From NCBI GenBank assembly GCA_004764695.1, contig SMSO01000031.1:2146436-2210435 (forward strand): a stretch of DNA of 64,000 nucleotides, given 5' to 3'. This DNA is from Schizochytrium sp. TIO01 (lineage: Eukaryota; Protista; Bigyra: Labyrinthulomycetes). The notes beneath the pieces are model-generated. The model saw only the letters and a program-made list of their open reading frames with translations. It was not told the DNA's origin and did no database searches. Made by a program: the position numbers and the translations under genes. Positions within the stretch are counted from its first letter, which is position 1. Each line of letters starts with the position of its first letter. This document shows positions 41,614-54,096 of this stretch, piece after piece.

Positions 41614-42645
41614 ATGGGTGTTGCAGGAGACTCAGAGCAGGCCACAGACACAGCAGGCTATCTGTTTGGGGTGATCTTTGCGCCTATTCTATGGGTGTTC
41701 TGCTTGTCCTGGGCAATTTATGCCGGCAGGAAAGGAAATGATTACTACTGTTATGCACCTCAATTTACATGGGCAAGGGGCATTCCAGTGCTCGTGTGGC
41801 GTGTTGCAATTGCTGTTTTCTATGTGGTTACTCTGGGCTATGAATTTGATGCGCGCGATGTATGGGAGCTCCAGTATTATACAGTTTGGAATCTTGTTTT
41901 CCTTACACTCTACTCACTCTTTGCGTTGGCGGTCTCAATTGTTATTGTTGCGACTCCGCATTTAATTCCTAAACCTGCAACTTTGGCAACGAATAAAGAG
42001 GCGCCAACCCAGCCAAATATGGGTATTAAGATGCTCTGGGGCGTGCACCAAGTTCTCGGCGAAATCGAGTGGTGTGCTTCAGCTTTGGTAGCAATCGTCG
42101 TGTGGGGCGTCCTTGCCCCAAACACTACGCCTGAGTGGAGTCCTTACCTTGGATTCACATCGATTTCTGAGCATGCATGTAACATTTTTGTCATGACTGT
42201 GGACTTTTACTTCAGTGGTTACCTGATTAACTTTCACCATTGGTCTCTATCCGTGCTGTGGCCGGCAAGCTATTTGATTTGGCATCTTGGTGGCAATGTA
42301 GCGTATGGTTTCATGGCTTACCCGTTCCTAAAAACGAACAACATCCTCTTCATTCCTGTTGTTATTGTTCTCGCTGTAGCCCACTTTGTTCTCTTCAGTG
42401 TTACCTATGGCCTCTCCGTTGCCAAGGAAAAATGTCTCAAAAGATATCACTTCTTGTATCAGGAGGACAACGATACTTTACATCGGTCCCAGAGCGAGCG
42501 CTTGCGCATGTCTAGTGAAGATAGTGATAGTGACAGCGATGATAAGAGCCCTTTCACACGAGACATCGAAAATCCGGAGAGCCCAACTTCGAGAAAAGAG
42601 GCAGAGGAGCGTGAACGTAGAAATCACGCCCTTGCCCAAGCCTAG
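41614..42645 (+). CDS. Multi-pass membrane protein, FAR-17a/AIG1/rolling-stone-like
   Basis: About 7 hydrophobic segments; QYYTVWN (conserved Thr), SEHACN (conserved His) and AYPFL motifs. Confidence 0.65.
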   Translation: MGVAGDSEQATDTAGYLFGVIFAPILWVFCLSWAIYAGRKGNDYYCYAPQFTWARGIPVLVWRVAIAVFYVVTLGYEFDARDVWELQYYTVWNLVFLTLYSLFALAVSIVIVATPHLIPKPATLATNKEAPTQPNMGIKMLWGVHQVLGEIEWCASALVAIVVWGVLAPNTTPEWSPYLGFTSISEHACNIFVMTVDFYFSGYLINFHHWSLSVLWPASYLIWHLGGNVAYGFMAYPFLKTNNILFIPVVIVLAVAHFVLFSVTYGLSVAKEKCLKRYHFLYQEDNDTLHRSQSERLRMSSEDSDSDSDDKSPFTRDIENPESPTSRKEAEERERRNHALAQA

Positions 42646-43004
42646 TTGCAAGCTTTTCCAGCAATCAATGCCGGGCTTTAAAGCTCAAAACTCCTAGTTT
42701 TGGTGTTACAAACCTACAATTACTCCCAGGACAGATGGTACCACTTGTATAATTCAGTAGTGCCTTATAGTATCGAAGTAAGACCACCAAATGGTATCTT
42801 TTTGAAAACGTGGTTTTCTAGTGGCAACCCCCAGAAAGATGAAACTCAATCAATACCTCCCATCCTACATAGTAAACTGGTAGGATTTTGTTCTTTTTGT
42901 AACTTTTGCTTCGCCCTAAATAATCAAAAGAAGCATTAGAAGCATGAGACTTGCTCTTTATAACATATAATATCAATCAACGACATTTATTTTCTTTAAA
43001 ACAC

Positions 43005-46000
43005 TTATGCTGTATATTGTTTGTATCCTTGCAAGTCTGACACAGTTTGGGAAAGATATTTCGTGAGGCAACGATAAAGCCCAACAGCAAGCTTGGCGTT
43101 TCGGTTTTCAAGCTCGACAAGTCGCTGACGACGGAGAATATAAATGGCTGTTTCCTCGGTTGCCACAGCGCTGAATTGCCGAGGCTCGTTCAGCGTGAAA
43201 TGAATATCACCGAAAATGCAACCATAGCGAGCCCTTTGCAAAAGTTTTCCACCCTGAATGTAGGTCATGCGAGGTTCTGGCTTGAATTGACTACGCCAGT
43301 ACAAGTCATGTTTGTTTACAAGACGCTCCATGACTTGTCCCTGAGGAATGTAGATACAGACTTCACCTACCATGACGATATAAATCGCATCTGCTTGGTC
43401 CCCCGAATGAAAGACAAATTCGCCGGGGCGCAAACGCATCATTCCAAAGTAGTCTGTGAGTTCCGTGTACTCACCTAGATCTGGGTCATTAAGTCCAAAT
43501 TCAAAGTTTGTGTCAAATCCAAAGAAATCAACAAGAATTCGCCGCAGCCAGATTGTGCTGGACTTGTCAGATAAAGTTTGCAAAGACGCAACAATTTTAT
43601 TGCGAGTCCGACCATCCAAACCAAAGGCATATGGAATGTCCGGCATGCCAGGCATCTCCCATTTAAGACTTGGTGAGTGAGGCGAACGATTGAAAGATAA
43701 AAACAGAGACTCATCAGTAAGGAGCTCGCTCTCAATCCATGCCAGCCCATCGTTGATTTCATGAAAGACCATACATTGGTCATTTGGATCGTCGGGGTGC
43801 AAAATATGATTGGTCACCAATAAGTTCTCAAATTCTGGGCGCATGCTCGTGAAAACAATTCGCAGGCCGTGTGTTGCTGCCACCTGCTTCACGCGCATCA
43901 TTCCTGTTGATACAGCTGTAGCATCCATACCTGTGACACGCGTAAAATCCAGAACAAGAAAGCGCAGACGAGTGTGTTCTTCCTCACTGTGATCAGCAGA
44001 AAACGATGTTTGACGAGAGAGTTGACGCACCATGCTACCACGACGTGGCGTAGCCATACCTTCTACCGAAACTGGTGGCTCTGCCGTCAGAGTAGCCCAC
44101 TCTGGAAGACGAGGTTCACGATCATTTTGCACAGGACTTTTCAATTTACCCCAAAGCCATGTGGCCCATCCGCTGACACCAGAACCGCTCTCAATTTCAA
44201 CATCTGTGTCATGCTCATGTTCGTTATGGTGATCATGATTAAGGTGGTCAGCATGGTTAGAGGATGGGGAGGTAGCCTCGTCTATCAGGATCTGCAGTTT
44301 CTTCACTACTTGCATTGAAGATCCGAAAAACAGATAACCATGCAGGTCAAGGCGGGCGACGCAATTAGAGAGTTTCTTGAGCTTTCGGCGACTTTCAAAG
44401 TCGCGCACAACATTTGAGCGAATGCGGTATGTCCGCTGAATGTGAGTGACTGAGGAGTAAGCAACAATAAAGTTGAAAATGGAGAGGCCGATACCAACGG
44501 CAATGCCAAGGATCAAATCGTCCGTGGCAGAGATAACTAAAAAGGTCGTCATCAAAACCATGTATTCCCGCTTTGAGACCTTGGGCCATACCTCAATGAG
44601 CCACTCCATCATCAGATCAAATGCAATAAAGATCAATGTTGAGGCAAAGAAGAAAAGTGGGACAATTTCCATCACGTTAATGGGCGCCATAAAGAGTCCA
44701 GCTTCAGCAATAATAACCACTAAACCAACAAGGCGAGAGTTAGTGCCAGTACGAAAGGTGAATATAGTCTGACTGAAAATGTATGAACCAGTGTATCCAC
44801 CGGCAATCCCACTAATCATGTTACTAATGCCCACAGTGCACAATTCATGATCAATATTCAGCGGTGCGCCGAGGTCATACTCAATAGCAACTACATCAAG
44901 ACAGGACGAGAAACTGACAACAAAGACCATGCTAATCCAAGCAACAGCCTGCTCAGGAACACGAGCCCATTCCACGAGGGAAAAATCAAAGAGCTCCCAA
45001 ACAGTCCAAAATGGCCCAGTTTGCACGGCAGGATCTGGCTTAGAAAGCCATCCAGCGTTCTGTGCATCTGCAATTGACATCCCGGATGCAAAGAGAATGA
45101 TATAAAATGCCAGAGGCATCGCAACGATGCAAACTGGCAAAGTGTACCAACGCTTAGCTTTCCGCGCAGCGACAGCAAGTAATGCGCCTCCTAGCATGGC
45201 AGGTGTAAGAAGAATAAGACCACGAAGGTTAAACGCTTTTGTGATATCCATAACACTAGAAACGTCCTCACCGATACTCAGGCCAACACCGGCGAGTAAA
45301 CAAAAAAGACCAATGAAAGCCAAGTAACCACCAACAACAGGCATGGGCAGATAGGCAACGAGTTTTGCTAATTTAAGCTTACCGAGAGCAAAAACAGCTA
45401 CACCAAGAAGTGTTGTCGAAAGTGATAAGGCGACAAGGGTTGTAGGAATAATCGCAGCCTTATTCTCCGCTGAGTTGGCAATTGCTGTTGCCATAGTTGA
45501 GAGAAAAAGTAAACCCGCATCTTGCACTTGCCCAATACTGAATGACAAAGAACTGACCATGGTGAAAATGCATTGATGCACCATAGAGGAAAGTAGCACA
45601 AGCTTAGAGAGGTCCGCCATTTCGTCTTTAAATGCGGTATCGCGAAAGATAATTGCTGCATATCCATACATGCAGGGGATTGTGAGGATAGAGTTCACCA
45701 CACCATAGATAAGGCTCTCTATAATCTGTTGCATGGAAACTCTGGAAGAACCTGAAGGTTGACCTGCTTCAGAGCGAGGTGGTAAGAGTGGAGACATGGG
45801 ATCAAGAAGATCTGGTGGAGGCGAGCCTGCAGATCCAGAATCGTAGTCGTCAATACCAACTGTGGTCCCGTAAGTGGAGATGGAGCCACCAATTGCAGGA
45901 ACCGAACCAGGGGAGGATGCCACAGGACCCAATGTGGGCGATGAGCTTGTCGAAACTCCAGCACGAAAACTCGGTGAGCGCAAGCGCAACTCAGGGTTTC

Positions 46001-46319
46001 GCATACGAAGCATGAGCGTGGCGATATCGCCTGAAGAGGACCCAAATCTTGCCAAACGTCCACTGTTTGACATGGCCCGATTCACATGCACATTTGCCGA
46101 CATCGATCTAGCTCTTCGCTCCTCAAAGACAAGATTTTCACCGTCGACATGGCCATCGTTCCACCGTTCATGAACGTCCTCCATCCCTGGGTCGATGCCT
46201 TGGCGAGATCTGGACACGAGTACCTCCAACTCAGATCCACTTACCGATCTCTCACGATGGTGGTTCGTCGAGGCCGATACCACAGACGGAGTGGAGCCTA
46301 AAGGCGTAGTTCCTGACAT
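43005..46319 (-). CDS. SulP/SLC26 family transporter with STAS and cyclic-nucleotide-binding domains (yeast Vsb1-like architecture)
   Basis: Many TM helices; YLPMPVVGGYLAFIG and ELCTVGISN. STAS motifs LHGYLFFGS and LVLDFTRVTGMDATA. cNMP domain LRPGEFVFHSGDQADAIYIVMVGEV...GCIFGD...PRQFSAVA. Confidence 0.9.
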   Translation of the reverse strand: MSGTTPLGSTPSVVSASTNHHRERSVSGSELEVLVSRSRQGIDPGMEDVHERWNDGHVDGENLVFEERRARSMSANVHVNRAMSNSGRLARFGSSSGDIATLMLRMRNPELRLRSPSFRAGVSTSSSPTLGPVASSPGSVPAIGGSISTYGTTVGIDDYDSGSAGSPPPDLLDPMSPLLPPRSEAGQPSGSSRVSMQQIIESLIYGVVNSILTIPCMYGYAAIIFRDTAFKDEMADLSKLVLLSSMVHQCIFTMVSSLSFSIGQVQDAGLLFLSTMATAIANSAENKAAIIPTTLVALSLSTTLLGVAVFALGKLKLAKLVAYLPMPVVGGYLAFIGLFCLLAGVGLSIGEDVSSVMDITKAFNLRGLILLTPAMLGGALLAVAARKAKRWYTLPVCIVAMPLAFYIILFASGMSIADAQNAGWLSKPDPAVQTGPFWTVWELFDFSLVEWARVPEQAVAWISMVFVVSFSSCLDVVAIEYDLGAPLNIDHELCTVGISNMISGIAGGYTGSYIFSQTIFTFRTGTNSRLVGLVVIIAEAGLFMAPINVMEIVPLFFFASTLIFIAFDLMMEWLIEVWPKVSKREYMVLMTTFLVISATDDLILGIAVGIGLSIFNFIVAYSSVTHIQRTYRIRSNVVRDFESRRKLKKLSNCVARLDLHGYLFFGSSMQVVKKLQILIDEATSPSSNHADHLNHDHHNEHEHDTDVEIESGSGVSGWATWLWGKLKSPVQNDREPRLPEWATLTAEPPVSVEGMATPRRGSMVRQLSRQTSFSADHSEEEHTRLRFLVLDFTRVTGMDATAVSTGMMRVKQVAATHGLRIVFTSMRPEFENLLVTNHILHPDDPNDQCMVFHEINDGLAWIESELLTDESLFLSFNRSPHSPSLKWEMPGMPDIPYAFGLDGRTRNKIVASLQTLSDKSSTIWLRRILVDFFGFDTNFEFGLNDPDLGEYTELTDYFGMMRLRPGEFVFHSGDQADAIYIVMVGEVCIYIPQGQVMERLVNKHDLYWRSQFKPEPRMTYIQGGKLLQRARYGCIFGDIHFTLNEPRQFSAVATEETAIYILRRQRLVELENRNAKLAVGLYRCLTKYLSQTVSDLQGYKQYTA

Positions 46320-49227
46320 TTTACCCTTGATCAGACCCAACAGAAAACCTTAGACTTTGCGATCCGTAGATCCCAGCAATTTGCTGCTTGTCACTCAAAA
46401 CAGCAGACTCTTAAGAAAACCAGTTGTTGAAGCTATCCCCAGCCTGTAATGGCGTTGTACTCAGAGCAGCAAAGGTAATGTTGAACTCACTACAAAATCC
46501 GCAAATACATGAATGTGTGGTCTACGCCAGAACCAAGGACAGGTCTTTTGGGCCCCAAACTGCTGCAGCAGGCTAGATATTTTTATCGTCACGACCCACA
46601 CGATCCCTCGCGAGGCACTCTGGTCCGATGCTGCGCCTCCAAGGCTGTCAGGCGAGGACCTGGTACCAACTGTTGCGGTGTGGGTCTACACCTTATTACG
46701 CTTTGTCTCTCTGGTGGATTTCTGTTCGTAGTTTACTTGTCTGTTGTTGTCGAAGCCATATAATGCTGTTCGCTCAAGACTTCATCTTCCGCGCGTCTTC
46801 TGCGCAACCCACTTTTGGAAAAAAGCGAAAGCAAAAAGAAGTTAAAAATGTTCAATTGAAATAAAAAGCTCATTTCACGTAACTTTGCACTATATCACAT
46901 CACAGTCATGGGCATGCATATGCGACCAAAATAAAAACTGGTTGGAGCGAGACTGGTCAATGTAGGGCCCGGAATTCTACTTAATTTTTGCGCTGTAGGA
47001 GCGGAGAAGGTCTGGCGTCGTCATTCTTGGCTACCAACAGGTTCGTCCTTTCGTTCACTTGGCCAAAATTAGTGAAGGAGAGATGTTTTTATTTGATTAA
47101 AATTAAAATTAAAATTTATATGTGGACAAAGGTGAAATTCGTGGTCACAGACGTGTGCGACAGAGTTTGTTTGCAGTCTTAGCAGAAGTGAGCTTCTTCA
47201 GTTGGTACGCAGAGGGCGCAAGTGCTACGCAGACCAGAGGATGTTAGCGTGGGAAGTGAAGTGGAGGGATGGTAGGTTTGTGCTCAAAGTCTTGACAAAT
47301 AATTGAGCGAATGGCTGAGCTGAGTTGCGCAGGTTGTTTAGCACTATGATGGTAAGTGTCCACTTCCAAAACGCTTTCGTTGCGGACAAGTCACTGAGAT
47401 AGAGCATTGGCTTATAGGGTGGAGTATCATCATCTGGAGACTCCCTTGAATTGGAAACTAGCTCCAAGCTCACACGAGATGCGAACATCAAGTCCATCAT
47501 CATCATGGCCTTCAAATTGGCTACTGCTCTACATAGTCTTTAAAAGAATAATTGAAAAAAAGTCCCTTTCTAAATGTCATTTTCAGTAGGCAATGATTCG
47601 AAAACACAATAAAAGTAAGGTCCTATCTTTCGCCGTGAACGACTCATCGGCGTGTATTTCAAAGTGAAGTACAATCAACATAAAACATTGCCACCCTTGC
47701 CTTGATGATGGGGAAAATCCTCTCTTATTTCTTTGCAATTAGCCTATCAAAGCATGGAGCTCAGACTTACGTTAGACGAGCACAGCAAGATATGTACAAG
47801 CTGCTGTCATACAGTTCTTTCGTATCAAGCGAAGCCTTGTTAAATAGTTGCAATCAATGGAATAATCTATCTACTACAAAGTCTTTCAATTCACAATGTG
47901 AATTACACAATGGACACGGAATTTTAAATACGCATGCTATGTTGTGTTGTGCCATATCATTTCATGTATACATGAATTTTATTTTTTTAGTTTAGATTAT
48001 GGTTGCTGAACGAGAGAAAGAAAGACTTGGTGTGCTATACGATGACGAATATTATGCTAGTCAGACGCAATATCCAGGGGTAGAAGCATTAAGTAGTAAC
48101 CACACTTCCATTTTCAACATACAATTTATTTATAGATTTTATTTCAGGATCCGCACCAGCATGAAAATAAACTAACAGTCCAATTGGCCAGGCTACAAAT
48201 CAATCTGCAGAAGCCCTCAAGACGACCAAAGCTTGCAAAGAGATACAAAATGATACGAAATCACAAAGCATCTATACTCACTTTGGCCATATCTAAAAGC
48301 CTCTCTGCACGGTACTCTTGCGTTTTGACCAAGGTACAGCGCTTGGGGATATGCATAATCAAAGCATTGTTGGTGAACAAGGCATTTTATACTGATGGCG
48401 GAAAGGAGAACTTGATGCATCCGGTTTTGAAAATACCAGGATCTCTCTTGGAGCAACATCACGCGGAAAGTTTTCAAAGAATCTTCTTCATGGCACTGCT
48501 TTGCTTCCATATACAGTTGTTCTTCTGCTGCAATTTTGATATATTAGAGTTTGACAGTTTCCAGGATCCAAGTTTATGCTTTGCTGGGGGAAAACTTCAC
48601 AGAAGATCATTCAACGCCAACAATCTACAATAAATTTGCTGTACGTTTTTAATGTCGTTTTGCATCTACATGCTCAAGGAATCGTGCTTGTCCCTCAGTC
48701 TTTGAAACTGCCTGCTGCATACTCCCATAAATCTAGCATTTACATTTTATTTGATCAACTACCGAATCAAAATTTTGTTTCGAAGCGCGTCTAAGCTACA
48801 AGGAGGTCTCTTCCTGCATCATCACTGCCTTGGAGATCTATCATCTTGGGCGTCACAGTTGATTTTGACACTGACTAGTACGTTCTCTAAGGCTCTGGGA
48901 TACTGCAGCGTTGTGCTAGTGGAAACTACTAGCAGTATGTTAGATAGCGCCCGCTTCTTAGACGAAGAAAGAGAAGAAAAAGAGAAATAAAAGAGCACGA
49001 AGTAATGAAATCATTGAAGTAAAAGTTGGCTTGGCTGAGCCTGATATCTGCGAAACAAATCGAATTTTCTGTTTGGGGTGTGATCGAGGGTATTATAGGG
49101 ACGCGCACGTCTGTAACGGGTCAGCTGACTGGTTGACAAAGTCGCTCTCAGGTTGTGAGAGCAGCGGTGGGCGAACTCGGACTTTAGCTGGCTGAGATTA
49201 GAAGGATCTTAACATCAGGATTTGAGG

Positions 49228-50307
49228 ATGTTGCCAAGTTTGCGCAGAGCTGCCTTGAAAGGCAAGACACCGCGGTGTTTGGCAGATTTCGGTTCCAAAA
49301 GATCATTGAGTTCGTCCTCGAATGAATCGCCGGAGTCTCCTTTTGTGGGCAATGTGCCAAGCTGGATCCTGAATGGCCACAGGCAAAAGTTCTGGGTTTC
49401 AGGTAACCGCGTGGGAAACATGTGGAAAATCCCGAAGTTTGCCTACATCGAAGAGAACAAAACACCCTTCGAGTACATCGACCCAGCCTTTAAGGACATC
49501 CCCTGCAATATGCTTGACCTTACACTCTTGCCTTGGGGTTTTCTGCCGCAGAGGAAAGTCAAGGAGCTCGTGACTCCAGACCACAGAGCTCACTTGCACA
49601 CCAAGGTTGGAACTCAGGTTTACCCTGAGTCACACACCACTGAACATCTGTTGGAGTTGGCTGGAGGCGAGAAGCAGCTGTGTGAGGGTGCTGAGCAGGC
49701 TTACTTGTTCATGGCTTCTAAGTTTAACGATATGGAGACCAAGTGGAGCGACCTAGACGTAACTTCGCCAATTTTGACAGACCTTTTTCAGGATGTGCTC
49801 GCCACATACTTTGTCGATGGCGCTGCTCCGATGGTGAAGATTGATGAAGACAAGGTGAAGGCCGAGCTCCTTGGCATCTGGATTGAAGAAGGCACTGTGG
49901 ACAGGCCCGATAAATTTATTTTCCGCTACGATCTCGAAGAGATTAAGTATCATATTATGAGCGGATTTGTCGGCCCGGAGCTGCGTCTTATGCAAGGCAA
50001 GAAGCTCCTCGGCAAGCCCCCTCGTCGTATTTGTGCGGCCTTTTCCATTAAGAGCGAGGAGGCAATTGGAACAAAGACTTACTTTTTGGGCGAAAACGGC
50101 GAACCTGCAGACCCAAACAGCACTACTCAGACCGAGGTGTGGGCTGACAAGCAGCAAGCAGAGCATTTTTGGGTCCTTGAGACTGACTGGAAGTCAGAAA
50201 GCTCAGACCCTGAAGAACAGAACTTTCAATGGCGTGTGCGTAACATCAACGATGCAGTGGTTGCTTATGAAGGTGACAAGCTTCCGTTGGCTGAGGTTGA
50301 TCTTTAA
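49228..50307 (+). CDS. Probable mitochondrial protein, Tim44-like/MAIP1-like domain
   Basis: Arg/Ser-rich presequence-like N-terminus (MLPSLRRAALKG...KRSLSS). GAEQAY and C-terminal HFWVLETDW...WRVRNIN resemble the Tim44/MAIP1 fold. Family call is tentative. Confidence 0.55.
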   Translation: MLPSLRRAALKGKTPRCLADFGSKRSLSSSSNESPESPFVGNVPSWILNGHRQKFWVSGNRVGNMWKIPKFAYIEENKTPFEYIDPAFKDIPCNMLDLTLLPWGFLPQRKVKELVTPDHRAHLHTKVGTQVYPESHTTEHLLELAGGEKQLCEGAEQAYLFMASKFNDMETKWSDLDVTSPILTDLFQDVLATYFVDGAAPMVKIDEDKVKAELLGIWIEEGTVDRPDKFIFRYDLEEIKYHIMSGFVGPELRLMQGKKLLGKPPRRICAAFSIKSEEAIGTKTYFLGENGEPADPNSTTQTEVWADKQQAEHFWVLETDWKSESSDPEEQNFQWRVRNINDAVVAYEGDKLPLAEVDL

Positions 50308-50919
50308 TGAAATGACCTTGTCAGGACCACTGCCACTCAAACGTCAGCCACCACACCCACTACGAAAAGTTATTTTTTGAGCCACCGTCGTGTCCATTAT
50401 CTTCCCTTTCTAATAAAATAAATTTAGTCTAAATTGAAGGAAACATGATCCTCAACCTTTTTTATTTGTCAAATTTAGAATTTGTACCACTAGAAATGTC
50501 CCACCTCTTGACAGTGTAGTTATATAGCAAGACAATTCCCTGCAATAACCCCAAACTCCTTGCAACATTATAAAAATATAATGCTAGCAATGGTGTATTG
50601 AGCAAAGCCATAAAGGATTTAAGATTGCACCTCAAACGCATATTTTCGTGGAAAACAAAGCACTATGTACAAATCCCGCACAAAGTGAGACCGCTAGTAG
50701 TATCATATATAAACTGCTAGTCATTTAAGAATTAAAATGAAAAGGAATTTGATTGTTTTAGTCAACGTCTTTGGCAAGAGATCAAACTCGCAGAGAAGCA
50801 AACCCAAACCCACCTAGAGCACCGCCAAGAAGATCTGTGTTGCGTGTGGAGGTCGTGTACATCCACTAACACGCTCTAATCATTTTCTAGAGGCGTCTTA
50901 ACGGCTTTGGCTTGGCAAG

Positions 50920-52197
50920 ATGGGGTCCACTGCCGACGAAAAAGCGGAATCTGTTTTGTGTGCAAATGATGGAACGTTTACCTACTTTTGCCCTGCTCAC
51001 GAGACAAGCTGGACTTGCAAAGTGCTCCGTGAGAACAAGACCTTTAGGTCGGCTACGCCTGGCGAGCTACCTGATTTTGCGTGGGTGCATACCGTAAATG
51101 ATACCGAGCGGGATTCATTCTTGAAGGCTCGCTTGCGGGGTGGAAATGGTGTATCAGGTGCTCAAATTCTTGAGGATAAGTTTAAGTTTGCTCTGTTGAC
51201 TCAGCGAGAATCATGCAAGGGTGCGCTACCAAGTTTTGCCTGCGAAAGTTTGGTCAAACTCTCGCAGGTTTGCTCAGCAGTGTTTCGCGAAAACCCTGAA
51301 AGCAATGCAGGCACATGGATGATAAAAGATGCTGGAGCGAATTGCGGAGATGGCCTCTACGTAGTCACATGTGAGAATTGGCGCGACGTGGTGACACGCC
51401 TGGCACCCCAGGTCAACTCGGTTAACACTCCTGGGGAACCTAGCTCGTCTAGCACACAACGGCAACAGCGCCCAGGCTCGACATATGTCTTGCAAAAATA
51501 CATCGAAGACCCTGAATTGTGGGAAGGTAGCTTCAAGTATCACTGCCGACTCTATCTAATCTTGCGTGCGGACGGTGCTTTGTTTATTCATTCGCATGCA
51601 CTCGCGCACATTGCTAACAAACCCTATACTTTGGACTCCAGCCAATTGAGTGATTCGCAAGTACATTTATCAAATGTTTCAAAAAATCACTCAGAGTCAG
51701 ACCTTTTTCATGGTTGCCCAGTCATTTGTCTAGAGGAGTTTTTTGGCCAAGGGCGCCTTGATGCAGTAAAGGCCATGTTCAAGAACGTGTTTGAGGCTGC
51801 ACATCCGTTTATAGAACACCAACAGTCTGACACAGACTTTTGCTTTATTGGAGCAGATGTCATGTTCGAGTCTGATGGTACTCCACGCTTATTGGAGTGT
51901 AATATTCCACCAGGTATGGGTAACTACTCCACTGCGATTCCTCCGCCGCAACTTCAATTCAACAACAACATGTTTAACTCCTTAGTCGAACAGTTTGTTA
52001 TTCGACCACTTCGTGGGTACTCTTCTTCAGAACCTGTTAACTTGTCTGGGCAGTTTTGGATGAAGATTTGTGACGCCCGTCCCGACTTTAAAACCGGCTC
52101 TGCTGATCAGCGTGGGTTTAACCTTCTTTCCTGGAAAGTATTCCAGCGCCGGGCTCTCAAAGCTACTTCGAACCGCCCAAACATTGTCAACTCATAA
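50920..52197 (+). CDS. Tubulin-tyrosine ligase-like (TTL/TTLL) ATP-grasp protein
   Basis: WMIKDAGANCGDGLYV, YVLQKYIEDP, KYHCRLY, HLSN, FIGADVMF, LLECN. Confidence 0.85.
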   Translation: MGSTADEKAESVLCANDGTFTYFCPAHETSWTCKVLRENKTFRSATPGELPDFAWVHTVNDTERDSFLKARLRGGNGVSGAQILEDKFKFALLTQRESCKGALPSFACESLVKLSQVCSAVFRENPESNAGTWMIKDAGANCGDGLYVVTCENWRDVVTRLAPQVNSVNTPGEPSSSSTQRQQRPGSTYVLQKYIEDPELWEGSFKYHCRLYLILRADGALFIHSHALAHIANKPYTLDSSQLSDSQVHLSNVSKNHSESDLFHGCPVICLEEFFGQGRLDAVKAMFKNVFEAAHPFIEHQQSDTDFCFIGADVMFESDGTPRLLECNIPPGMGNYSTAIPPPQLQFNNNMFNSLVEQFVIRPLRGYSSSEPVNLSGQFWMKICDARPDFKTGSADQRGFNLLSWKVFQRRALKATSNRPNIVNS

Positions 52198-54096
52198 TTG
52201 TCGCATCTCTATTCCAATTTGCCGGCTCATTATGTCTTCTTATGTTGTAGACTAAAGTTGAGTTTGCTTTAGCCCCCACGTTATTGAATTGTTTAAAGAT
52301 TGAAAAGAATTGATGTACATATATTCTGCGAGCACTGTTGCGAGGGTAGTGCAGCTGTTGCCCCCGCCCCCCCCCAAAGGAAAAAGAAAAAAAGAAAACA
52401 TGCTATTAAAATACAGACGTCACTTTACATTTGCAATATTCTCTCAAACATGATTTGAATTTTCGCCCAGTGCAATCCCTCTGTATCTCTCTTCTAGTTA
52501 CATATACAAATCAGCTTGATGGGCTTCTTGTTTAGAAAAATACTCACTATATACCTCTGTGGCATGTCACTAACGATTGGAGTCATTTTGAGCTCTGCAG
52601 TAATAAAAATGAACAAATTCCCAATCGGTGCGACTGGGTATACGAACATAGCTCAGGCTACACATTCGTTAGCCACAGTTTGCCCTCACTCGCTTGCAAA
52701 CGTACTTGTGTGCTCTCCCTCAGTATCATATCATTTGACTCGGTGCTACACCTTATAAACTGCATATCAATCACCCTTCTGAAAATCCTATTTCACCAAG
52801 TTTTACTAGCTTCATAAACTTTTCGAGGTACAAATCTTCACCTTTCCAAGCTATCTCAGCCGCGTGGCAGGTCGGAAGCTTCGCTATCATGCAGATGTAG
52901 TCACTGCTTGCAACCTGCGATTCCACCTGCCGCACCTCGATACCTCCTACCTCATCATGCCCTCTCATAGAATCAACGGGGGGGAACCATCACAATTAGA
53001 CTTTTTGCGAGGGATCTCGCACCCGCACTCGTCAAAAACACTCGAGGAGGAAGAGAGTCGCTGGGTAGCCTGATGGTTTGGTTTGTTGATGCCAGTGGAG
53101 TTACCAATTCTGTGCGTTGCCCAAAGGAAGTTGAAGAGAGAACTGGGAAGAAGAGCCTGCCTCTTCTTCATGTTTTCTTGAGCGAGGCCTTCGTGGAAAC
53201 TGAAGACACTTGATCGCGGAACTCTGTTCATCATGATTCGGGCGTCTCAAGTCAGTTTTCTCAGCTGAAAGTGCTCTTGCCAATGTCCTCTCGGTGGGAA
53301 AGGAGTGTGTGTCCTAGCGCCAGCGGCAGCCCAAGACCACCACTAGCACATCATCTTCCGGCTCAGGCCAGCAACGGGAACACGACAGAAAAATGGCCTC
53401 GCTCGCGCACGCGCCTCTGCGGTGCATTTTCCCAAAGACACTTCGACTTGGTAGTGGAGAATGCGAAATGCAGCGCCTGCCGGGCTCAGGTGATGTCGAA
53501 GAATCAGTATTTGATTACTGTGCTCAGGATGCATAAATTTGCAATGCTTTCAATTCTATGACGGAATTCGCCTTTTCACAATTGTAATTGTTTCTGAAGC
53601 TTCATATGAGGCTGACGCCCTTTGGCAGCATTTAATTGAACGAGAATAGAGTAAAGAAGTGGCGAGAGAGAAGCAAGCCCCAGGGGCTCGCGGTGATGGA
53701 GACCGAAGGCGATCAAAACTTAGGGTGCATCTTCGACCGGATGATGATTCGTGGCGCTACGAAATGGAATGTAAACCTAACATACTTAACTTGAAGAATA
53801 TGAATACTTGATAAGAATTAAGAATAAGGTGAAAGAAAGACTCAAATAAAATCCACGAGATAAATTAAAGGAATAAAGCGACAATCAATGATCAAACGCA
53901 TCCACGGAAACTACGCGAAAGCCGTTCGTGAGATCGCGGACTCCGACTCCACTGAGCTACAGCTGCGCCGCCGCCGTAGACCGCGGGGCCAACTGAACAC
54001 AACAAGGGCTTAGAAGAGGACGGAGAAGAAGAATAAGCGCGTGAACACTGAAGAGAGAGGAAGAACAGAATCGCATCTCGGGACTCTCTGACCACA